From: Candidatus Heimdallarchaeota archaeon
GTDB taxonomy: Archaea; Asgardarchaeota; Heimdallarchaeia; Heimdallarchaeales; Heimdallarchaeaceae
Assembly (NCBI GenBank): GCA_018238545.1
Contig: JABCTC010000003.1
Location: forward strand, 1 to 64,000
DNA length: 64,000 nt
Direction of reading: 5' to 3'
The notes below the pieces were generated by a model that was given only the letters and a program-made list of their open reading frames with translations, was not told the origin of the DNA and did no database searches. Position 1 is the stretch's first letter; each line of letters starts with the position of its first letter. The translations under genes and the position numbers were made by a program. Below are positions 39,355-51,300 of the stretch, one piece after another.

Positions 39355-42300
39355 TTGTCTGATGATACAAGAGCAAAGAAAATGTCAGCAGCTGCATTCT
39401 TCAATGATAACAAAGCAATAGCTGGCTTTGGAAATTCAATGAGGGCAGTATTTACGAGTATCAGAGAACTTGTAGAAAATGGTTTGGATGCAGCAGAAAT
39501 AAGGGGAGTCAACCCTGTTATTTCAGTTGACTTACGTAAGCTTTCTAGCAGAGAAATTAACGATCTGCTAGATGTTACACAATATAAAAAGTTGGAAAAG
39601 CATCTTGATTTTCTGCAGTTAACTTGTAGAGATAACGGTGTTGGGGTTCCAAGTAATCAAATAGCAGATTTGTTCGGACGAGTATTAACCGGAACTAAAT
39701 ACGGTGTGATTCAGACTCGTGGTCGATTTGGTCTTGGAGCAAAAATGTGTTTACTTCACTCTATGTCTTCAGTTGATCTACCTGCTCGTATCAAAAGTCG
39801 TTATTTTATGGATGATATGACTCATGAACTACATTTAATGATAGATCTTGAAAGAAATCAACCTATCGTCATGGAACAAAGAGAATATTTATCTGGAGAT
39901 CCAAATGCGCTAGAAGAACCGGGTGTTGAGATTAGCATAACCTTTACAGGTGCTTGGAGATTAGCAAAGAATAGCGTTAAAGAATACTTCAGACAGTTAG
40001 CAATTATTACTCCTTATGCAAGTTTTGATATAAAAGTTCCTGGTGATAAGGAAGGAGAATATGAGGAATTACATTATGTGAATGTGGTAGATGATATGCC
40101 TTCCCCTCCCCAGCACGTTAAAATTCATCCTTGGGGTTGTGATATCACTCAATTCAAATCAGAATTATCTTCAACTAAAGCTAAAAAAATGAAGAAATTT
40201 CTTGCAGAACATTTTATGGGAGTAACAGAAGAAATTGCTGAAGATTTCTTCCAGTTATTGGAAATCGACCCAAACAAATCACCTTCGAATATAACTTCAA
40301 AAGAAATTCGAAGAATAGTTCACGAAGGTTTTGTTAAAGCTTATCAAGAAGCCAAGGATGTTAAGAGGAAACGAGATAGGATATTTCAGTTTGACCCACC
40401 TAGAGGAGATGCTCTTTCTCCATTAGGTGCAGGAAGATTAAGGAAAGGTCTCGAGAAAGAATTACAACCAAAATTTGTTGAAGCGGTTACAAGACCTCCT
40501 AAGGCTTATTCTGGTCATCCTTTCGCAATTGAAGCAACAATGGGTTATGGTGGGGGAGTAAATGAAGCAGCTCAAGCTAAAGGAACTACCGTCCACGACA
40601 ATAAGATAATTTACAGGTATGCTAATAGAATCCCTCTTATTTTTGGGGCTGGAAATGATGTTATCACTCAAGTCGTTTCCTCTATTCGGTGGAACGATTA
40701 TGGACTAACTAGACAGTCTGACCCTCTTGCCATCGCTGTTTCGTTAGTCAGTACAAAAATACCTTTCCCTGAGACAAGTAAAGAATATATTTCTAATGTT
40801 CCTGAAATTGAAGAAGAAATAAGATTAGCTCTGATGCAATTAGGAAGGAGACTTAAAACCTTTTTGAGCAGAGCAAAACGAAGAAAGAGAGAACATGCTC
40901 GATTATCAAGATTTGTTAAATCAGCACCAGTAATAATTGAAAATCTCACTCAAATTCTTGAAGATGAGAACCTTAAATTTACCGATTTCCGACTAGAAAC
41001 AGATCGGATTTCTGCAGCTCTCGCTCATGGTACTCCGAGGAAGGTTCGCCTTTATATGCCAATTGGAAAGCGGTTATTCGGAGCAAATATTTGGTGCCCA
41101 AATAATATTCAAACTACATTAAAGAATAACAATGTTGAGTCAGTTGCAGAATTTTTACTCAAAGATTCAAAAGAATTAGTTACAATCCTTCAATTAACAG
41201 AATCTCAAGTTTACGACATAAAATTAAGAACCATTTCTGAATTGGATAGAGACAACTTGAGTCCAAATTTTGACACAAAGACCTTAGTATCTCGTCTTGT
41301 TGAAAGAAGGTTCTCCTCCGAAGGTGAAAGAAAATTCATTTCCCTAAAAGATGCATTATTTAGGCGATGGATACAAAATGTTTACCACTATTTAGCAACG
41401 GATTTCGAAAAATTACGTAATGTCTCCGGAATGCTTGAGAAATTTTTTGAAACTAAAAAAGACGAATTACTTAATGATTATTTAGCTAAAGGAGCTAAAA
41501 CAAGTAAAAATACCATATTAACAATAGACAAAGCTATTGCTACTTACGCTAAAGCATCAGATTTAAAGAAAGAACAACTTTACCCTCCTTTTAAATATTT
41601 AAAATCTGAAACTGACAATGTTCTTGGAGAAGATTTATCGATAGAAGAATTTCTTTACCAGACTGTACAACCCACATCTATCAACTATCATCCAGAAATA
41701 ACTCGAACACTTATCGAGTATCTGAAAATTGTATTTACCCACATCAAAAACAAATTCCCTGCTTTCGCAACAACCAGTATAACAAAAATGCAACCTGATT
41801 GGACAGACGGTTATACAAAAAACGCTTTCCACAGAAGAAAGATAAAAACTGTTGGTGATTTTCTAAACCATTCTACTGATGATCTTATCGACATAAAAGA
41901 ACTGGAAAGAATAATGTATGAACAATACATTGAACTGATCACATTAAATACCAAATCTGTTCCTTTGAATGATTTCTCTTTTGTTGAGATTCAACAGCTA
42001 AAAGAAGAAGAAAACCGTATTAAGAGAGTTTTGGCTAAACACGGAATAAAAACCCTTGCTCAGTTCTTAAGTTATCCCTCTGAATCGATTTTACTTAAGA
42101 AGTTTGATACTTTAAGTGCTCTTCTGCTCAAGGAATCAAAATTCAAATTATTTACAAATTTACACGATACTAATAGAATTATTAATCAATCTTACATCAA
42201 AGTTATTCCTAAAAATGTTGAAACAGAATTAGTGAAAAATCAAATATTTACAACTTCTACCTTTTTAGCCAAATCTTCTGTAATTTTGAAGAAAATGGGC

Positions 42301-45300
42301 ATGAAGAAAAAAGATATTGAGAAAGCAAAGAAAGAACTTGGTACACCTTTACAGAATTGGGTTGATCATGATGAAATTCTCAAGAAATGTGGTATAGTAG
42401 TTTTAGAAGAATTATTCTTCAATGACGCCTCTGAATATAATCTCACAACTGAAGAAAGTAAGAAATATACTGAAAATATCATTTTCCTCCGTACGCCATT
42501 AGTTTTTGTGTTACCTGAATTAAGAAGTTCTTCTTATCTTCTTACTGAAATTGGCATCAATAATATTGGTCGTTTTTTGATATGGTCTAATACTGAACTT
42601 TCAGATATCCTTTATCTATCTGTCAATGAAATAAAAGCTCTAAAGAAGAAAATTGCCTTTCAAAAACAAATTCAATCAAAAGAAGAACTGAAGAAAGATT
42701 TAGTACTTTTTTCAAGGCACTATCCCAATTTAGTGAAATATTTTGGTAATGAAACACCATCGATTCAGGATTTGTATTATGCTTACCAATCAGAGAATTT
42801 CTCGCTTAATACAGGTTTTTGGAAGAAATTATACAAATTGAGTGAACTATCTCAACAAGAAGCTGTTGATTTAGTACATCTTTATCCAAAGAACTTCAAA
42901 GATATAGAGACGGTGAAAGATGCTCTTCTACGCTTGAAATCGAGGAATGTTGAAACTATACGTCAATTCATGGAATTACAACCAGAGATAATTGAATCAA
43001 AATTGAGTAACTCAAAGGAAAGAAAAGTTGCATTAGATCTTTATGATAAAATACTATTCAGAAGATTTGAAGGAGAACAGGAACTTCATAAACAAATACT
43101 TCTTCTTAGTGAGTATGATGAACTTCAAAGAAATTTTGGATCTCCTATCTCTAGAATCCCTGAACTTACTCTAGAGGAATTGGAAAAATTCCGAAGCCAC
43201 GATATACTAGCTGTTCATCAAATATTCGATTATACAGTTGATGAAATTGCTACTTTGCTTGGTCGTGACAAAGGCTCGGTTCAACACTTCATGGAAAGCT
43301 TTACACTCTTACGGAAAGGAACACCGTTTTTTGAGAAAGCAGATAGAAACAGATACAAATCACTTGTTTCCTTTGAATTTGAGGATTTAGAACGATTTTC
43401 TTCCATAGAGATTCAATCCCTTATTCAAGCTGGCTATGCTTCAGTTGACCAGATTTTTTACCTCACACACCCACTTACTTTTTCCTCTTCCATTCTAAAT
43501 TGGAATGTTGTAGACAAATTTAGAAAATTATTACGATCTCCACTTACATTGGTTACATGGGAAAAATCAGTTAAGTTAAAATCTTTTGATGAGGTTAAAA
43601 ATAAAGAAGTTGAGGTTGTGGATATTCAGATTTCTACATTAACTACTTCACAATTAACCGTTTTGCAGAATCAAGGCATTTCAAGAATCATCGATCTTCT
43701 TGTAAGTGAACCAGAAACGCTTTCAGAATCTCTTAACATCAGTTTGGATGAAGCTAAGATGCTTCAGAAAGATATCAGAATTATTGATACTGGAACTGAT
43801 TTAGCAGATTTAGACATCTTCAAATCAGAAATTGTTGATCAATTAGAAGAAAACAACATCTTAACTCTTGAGGATTTATATTTCTCAACTACGAAGAGTA
43901 AATGGCGAGTTAAGGAAGTTCCATGGGATATCATTATGTCATTCAAAAGTGTCCTCAACCTCCCCCTTGCACATTTGTCAGATATGTTGGATGAAGATAT
44001 TATAGTTGCATTAGAGGGCGCAAATGTTAAAACTCTATTAGGATTTATTCTTACAACTCCTGAAAGTTTAATGAATAAAACTGGTATACCTGATGAAAGA
44101 TTCGAAACAATAAAACGCGGATTGGATATCTCCGATATATTCAGTTATTTCTCACTTCCAAGTTATTTTCTTCCAAATTTAACCTTCCAGCAAACCGAAA
44201 TTCTACAAGAAAATGGCATTAAATCGGTTGCAGAATTTGTAAATAGCTCTCCACAGAAAATTAACAAACTAATCAAAGTAACTGCAAAGCAGTTTCGAGA
44301 AATCACTACGGCTTTAACCACTCAAAACCTCCAAGCTCTTTACGATGAGAAAGGTATCTTTGCTTTTGAAACAAAGCTCTTCGATAAAATGGAACAACGG
44401 CAATTGGGCAGAGATTCAATATTTGAATTTGATAGGTTTCAAACTATCCAAGAAATATACTATACGTTGAATAGAGATTTCTATTCAAATAATCAAAACC
44501 TGTGGGGAAAGGTCTCGGCAATCCAGAAAGTATTATTACTTCCTCTGCACATATTCACCGAAATTTCTGAATATGCTCTTGAGATTATGAGTCAAAACAG
44601 TATTGATTTTGTTTATCAGCTACTCTTTATTCTTGATGCAGATATTACTGATCCCTTATTATTCAGAACTGTATCAACTTATTCTTCAAAAATAATTGAG
44701 ATGAGAGCATTTCATTACTTTTCTAAGCTCCCTGCTTCTGTTTATAACTCAAGTTATTTCAAAAAAATATTGAAGGATACTGACAACAAATCTCTATCTG
44801 ATGTTATTACTGATGAGAAGATTATCAAAGATTTATCTGCTAAGGATAAACAATACCTATATGAAAATTATAACTTAACTCTCATTCGATCAATTCTAGA
44901 ATTACCTCTAAGGATTACTCCTTACTTTACAAGAATAAAGAAAGTTAGAAGAGAAGAATATAAAAATACAAAAATCGGAGATGTTTTTGATATTGATTTA
45001 GAGGAGCACTCTGCTCTGTCTTCTTTTTACTCTAGATTACTTGAAGAAAATTCTTTCAACAAATTAATCTCACAATTAACTATCCCTATATCTTCAATGG
45101 GATTACCTCGCGAACTTGCATTGAAGCTAAGCAAATCCTCTATAGGTACGTTATTAGCTTTCTATTCTACTCCTGAGAAACAAGTTTCTGAAATCTCTGG
45201 TTTCTCACAGAAGAATATTCGAGAAATAAAAGATGAATTAAAATATTCCAACATTGTTTCTATCCGAGTTTCACAAGCTCATAAAATTAAACCCTCTTCC

Positions 45301-48300
45301 TTTGCATCAGAAAAACAAATTTTTGACCTTATGGGGAGATCGATATCGGATATTGAGTCTCTCTTCTACTCCGCAGAACATTTAGGAATCTCAAAATGCC
45401 TTCCCATTGAAAATTATAAGAAAATCAAGGAAATTCTATCAGGATCTATAAGATTCATAGGATTTCTTTCATTTGATGAAATAAGGCGGTTGGAGTATCA
45501 TAATATTAATTCAATAATAGATTTTGCTCTACTCTCGAAAAAAGAACTTTTCACTATTACACAGAATCCAATTTACAAGGAATTTCATGTTCTAGATCTG
45601 ATTTCTTTTGATGAATTATCAGAAAAAAGGATTCAAGCTGCTATACCCCTCTCTCTGTGTCCCTCGATAGAAGAAGACTATTTAGATAAAATCAAAGAAA
45701 TAGGAATCAACTCTATTCAAGATTTTATCTCTAGAATGCCAGAAATTAGAGAATCTCATCCTCATTTAGTGAAATTAGATATCTTCCGCGAAGTGCAAAT
45801 GTATCTGTCCTCTGTTGCTTATATCGGACTTCCAAATGAAAGCGTTCAAAAACTGATTTACTCAGGTGTTGGCGATATTTTATCTTTCATTACTGAAGAT
45901 CCTTCAACTATCTCTCTGATTCTTGGAATAAGTGAGAAACAAGTTGAGAAATATAGCAAACTTGCTGTTCCAAGTAATTTGGTCACAGAAGTCGACAACA
46001 AAGGTGTTCTTCTCACTGAATTTTCAGCGTTATCTAAAGGAAGAAGAAATTCCTTACTTAAATCTGGTAAAGAAACAGTTCAAGATCTATTTAGTTCCCG
46101 TTATCAAGCATATTCTCAATCTAACATCTCTGATGTGTTAATGAGCGAATTTATTGAAAGTTGTAATGTGTCTTTATACAGAATTGAAGAAATTGAACCA
46201 GAAATTAAAGCTAAACTTTCAAAGAGTGAAATAACTAGGATTATTGACTTATTATGTAGTACTGATGCAGAACTAAAGAAAGCTCTTGATGGTAAACTCC
46301 CAAAAGAGTTTAAGCAAATTAGAAAAGGTCAGTTTACTTTAACAAAAGGCATTCCACTAATTTTGAATGAACCTTTGCAGGATATTATTAGAGAACTTAA
46401 TATCGAACCTTCCAACAAAAAAGTTGAGGACATGTTTGGTTTTGTACCCGAATTTCTACTTCAATTTACAGAATCTGAAAGGATTGAAAAAGACAAGAAT
46501 TTGGCTTTTCTTGAACAGATAGTTAGTTTCTTGAGTCTTAATATACTATCATTACCATTATTTAATACAACTACTAAACTAATTCTTTGGAACCGTGGAA
46601 TCCGACATGTTATAGAACTTTTATCTACTAATATGAACACAATTGATGGTATCCCATTTCAAGTAATATCAGAGGTTCGCTCTTTCCAGAAAGAATTTAG
46701 TTTAACTAGAAGCATGTCAGAGACATTGTCACCATACATTGATGATGTACTCATCTTGCCTGCAAAGAAGCAAGCTAAATTCCAGAATTATGGTCTCACT
46801 AATGCATTGTTATTTGTTGATTTTATACCTCATCCTATATTCAGTTTCACAGCAAGTGAGCAATCTATTCTCAGGATTGTTTCAAATAACATGTTCAAAC
46901 CTATAGCCTGGTTATCTTCAGATATGTCATTTAAGATAGAAGATATGAATTTACTTATTCAAAATAGAGCAATAAATATCCTTTCAGCTCTTCTTTTGTT
47001 ATCTGATCAAAATGATACTAAAGTTCTAGAAACTTTATCTAATAAATACTACAAATCGATTTCTACTTACCTAAATTCATCAATCTTACAATTTAGTGCT
47101 CCTGAATGGGCCTTGCAATTAACAGATACAAAGATAATAACTGATTCTAACAGTTTGAAGATACTAAAGAAAGATAATATCTCTTATCTTGATGAATTTT
47201 TAACACTAGAAAGCAAGTTCTTGAATAACCCTAATCTTGTAGCAGAGATTTTGCCAAAATTACTCTCCCTAAAGAGTCTCCCTATTTCCTCTATCAGTGA
47301 TCTATCACCCAGTAACATTCAAAAATTAAAACGTTCAAGAATAAATAATGTTTATGAGTTTCTTGTTTTTCCAGCTCCGTTGCTTTCAAATCTTCTGTCG
47401 ATTTCTGTTGAGAATGTTAACGCAATTAAATCTTCAATTGATCTTTCATCATTGGAAAAAACAGCTAAGCTTACAGGTTTAGATCTAGAGCTCTTCCCAG
47501 AACTTTCCCAAGATTCTAGAACAATTCTTCAAAGAAGAGGTTGCGTATCTCTGAATCAAGCATCAAAAATGGATCTAGACTTGATTCCACTTCTTTCAGA
47601 AGATAAAGCGATTCTACAAAATCTAATAGCTATGTTGTTTACTCCTACTACATTAATTGGAAAAATACTTAAATTAACAAAAAATGAAATTGATGAATTA
47701 TTGGTTCAGAACGTATGTACCTATGCAGACCTGTTGGAGCTTCCTCAAAAAACATGGCCAGCAAAAATAAGGAAGAGTCTTTCTGATAAGGATTCTGATC
47801 CAACATACCTTATCAAGAATCTACAGAACCTTGAGAAATTCGGAGTACCTATAGAAAAGTTAGATTTAGCGAAAAGTGTAACTAAATCTTTGGTAGAAGC
47901 AGGAATTGTGACAATTGATCATCTATACTATCTACCCATAGCCTATGTAAGTGCAAGAAGTAAAGTTAAACAGCATATTCTTGAAGAAATAAAGAAGAAA
48001 TTATCATATAATATTAATTTCCTTCAAGATATCTCACTTACAACTTTATCTGTTTGCTATTCAAAAGATTCATTCACGATAATTAGTTGCTTGATTTATT
48101 GGAATGGTTTATCGAAAGATGTAAGAACAGACTTAGAAGGTTCTTTAGACAGTATCAAATTAATTGAAGAAACAAGTTTTATAGAACCACTGACTCCAAC
48201 GGAAACAAAGTTAAAATCAATAGGTATTTTCTCCTTAAGATCATTCATTTTATCTCCTCAGATTAAGAAAGAAGCAGGCTTAACAACCAAACTTTTACCA

Positions 48301-51300
48301 TCTCTATTAGCAAATATTCGTTTCTTAAATCTAGATCCAAAGCAGAGTTATCGCTTGAAGAAAACAGGTTTTACAACTGTTGCTGACTTGCTTCTAAATA
48401 CATCAAAAACTATATCTGTTAAGTCTAAATTGGGCAAGAACGCAATTGATGAAGTTATCAATAACATAAAAATTGATAACCTAACCAGTTTGATTAAATC
48501 GATGGAACGAGAGCATTTACATGATGCATTTTATCTGAATTCTAACGATAAAGCATTCTTGAAATCAATAGGTGTTTATAGTTTAGCAGACTTAAACGAG
48601 TATACTGTTTTTGATTGGTTTGTTTCAAAACAAAAAATACAGAAAATCAAAAAGAAAATTAATTCCTTATTAGATACTAACATTTTGTACTATCCAGGAA
48701 TCACATCTAAGCAGTATGCAGAAGTTGTTGAACAATTCTTCATGAAGGATATATTTACAATCAAAGATCTGATGATATCAACAACAGTTGAGCAGTCAAG
48801 TGATTTAATTGAATTTTTAACCATTTTCTCTACTAACAAACCTAAAATCCAATCCCAGTATTTAACTTCTCTATCATTCTTAAAAGGGATTGAAGCCAAA
48901 GACTTGTTTAAGATTGACGTAAAAATGGAAAAATCTGCAACAATTAATGATCTTATTATAGCATTATACAAAAATTCAGCAGAATTGACCAAAAAGGGTG
49001 ATGATGTTCTTAAGCAAATCAGCTACCCCATTTCTATTTCATCGAAACTCAATCTCGATGAAGTAAATATTTTACTTAGTAAAAATATCCTCTCTTATGG
49101 AGATGTGCTTACCAAACCATCAGGTTATTGGGTAGCATTTACTCCAGTGAAACTAAAGAAGAAACTTCTTGAAATTCTTAGTACAATAACATCGAAAACT
49201 ATTAGCAATGATAGTAGTAAGGGCGTTCAATTAAGTAACATGAAAATATTTGATGCAAACCTCAAGAAACAGCTTACATCAAATTTTAAAACACTCGATG
49301 AAGTTGCTCATGCAATAAGAATAGGTGATTCTCGGATCTTAAAACCATTAGAGAGGAAAATCACTAAGGTTCTCTCTACTCCTATTTCTCTCCTTAAACT
49401 GCCAAAAATCAGCATCAAATCTTGGAAACGACTGTTATCTACAGCATCTACATTAGAAGAATTTTACTTATTAACAGATCAAGAACTTGTCAAAATATTT
49501 TCTTCTACCAAAGAAGAAATCGTAAAATTAAAAAATAATCTTGGTCCTGATAATATCGTCCTACCTCCAAGGATAAAGGAAAATAAAATCTTTACTAGTT
49601 CTGATGTTAAAGAATTGAGTGATAATAGTATTTCAAATTACATACAAATATTTGATAAATCTGCAGAAAAAGCAGATCTCAGCACTTCCTTAAAAGATAA
49701 AATTGCTTTCTACAAAGAGTTTGATGTTAAGCAACTAGATGAAAACTTAGAAGAAACTATACTCTTGAAAGATTTTGTAATTCTTGAATCTTATGCAGAT
49801 TCTCTAGAATTAAGTAGAAAACAAAAAGAATCTGTAAAGAACCTTTCTTCCTTGCTTCTATCTCGTGGTACATATTTGTCAAAGATTTTTGATATAGATT
49901 CTAATAAAGACAAAAGTGGTTTGCTCAATACAACTATAGAGTATTTCCTCTTAATTGAGAAATATCAACCTAAAATATACTCGAAAATTATTGAATCTTT
50001 ACCGGGAAATATCTCTTCACAATTCAACTCTTTACTGTCTTATCTCAATCGATCACCAATTCTCCTTTCAGGACCAAATCTAAAAAATATCAATAAAATA
50101 GTTAAACTTCCTTATGAAAATGTAAAGGACTTGCTATTATTGTCCAAGGAGAAACTTGTTCAAGAAATAGATGACACTGCAGTTCAAAGAAATATTAGAG
50201 GATTGACATTATCTATTTTGAAGAGTCTTAATTCCAAACTGACCTCTATTCCAAAAGAATTTTTGACAGCTTACGAGTTAAATCAGTTAAAGAAAGAGAA
50301 TATTTATTCCTTTGAGGAAGCTTTGGTTTTCAATAGAAAATCAACTAGTAAGAAGTCTAAGACTTGGTTACTCTCTGAGAAAGTAAGAAAAATTTCCACT
50401 ATCAACACACTCTCACTTTCTTCGTATCTCCCCTCATCTAAAATACAAGAAAGACTACTAAAACTTAAGATATCCAATGTTTATGAGCTGGTTTATTATT
50501 GCCAGAATACAGAAAAAGAAGAAGATCTGAGTCTTTGTCAAACTGTAATTCAATCTGTAAGTTCCATTAACATTGAGGAAATTGAAATAAAAGAGAGAAA
50601 AAGATTTGCTAAATTCTTTAATGACCCTGATATTCTTTCTTATTTGCGAAGCCAAGATATCAGAACTTTTGGACCTTTAGTACACTATCTAGAGCAATTA
50701 GAGGATGAAACTATTACACCTGAAATTGAGAAAATCTTATCCGTTATGCGTTTTCCAATTTCTGTTCTATCAGAAAATAAGAAACTTGTACAAAAATTAG
50801 AAAGTGAAGGTTATAACCAAGTAATTGATCTTCTTCTTCCTGCAAAAATTCAAAACAGTTTGAAAAGCAATATTACAGAGAATCAGCGGAAAGTTCTTGC
50901 GTCTTTAATCAACATGTTTTATCAAGAAATATACCAAACAATCCTAAAAAATCATTATCCAGTTTCAAAACTTACTTTGATCGATGATATTTTACAAAAA
51001 GAATTAATAAAAGCTGGATATGCAACAGTAGCTCATCTCAAATCACCTGATATAATTATTGCTGATACAAGCAAATTAAATCTGCAACAAATTTCACGTA
51101 TTGTGAGACTGTTTGATGCTTCTACCTACTACTTGTCTGAAATGCTCAAAGACTATCCACAAAGTGCTTTTGTTTTGTATAGCAATGGAATTAACACACT
51201 ATGGGACATTTTCCTTACAGGAAGTAAGGAAATATCCAAGATTACAGGTATATCTGTTCGTCAAGTAAATTCCTACTTATCAACTATCAATCCTCAAGCT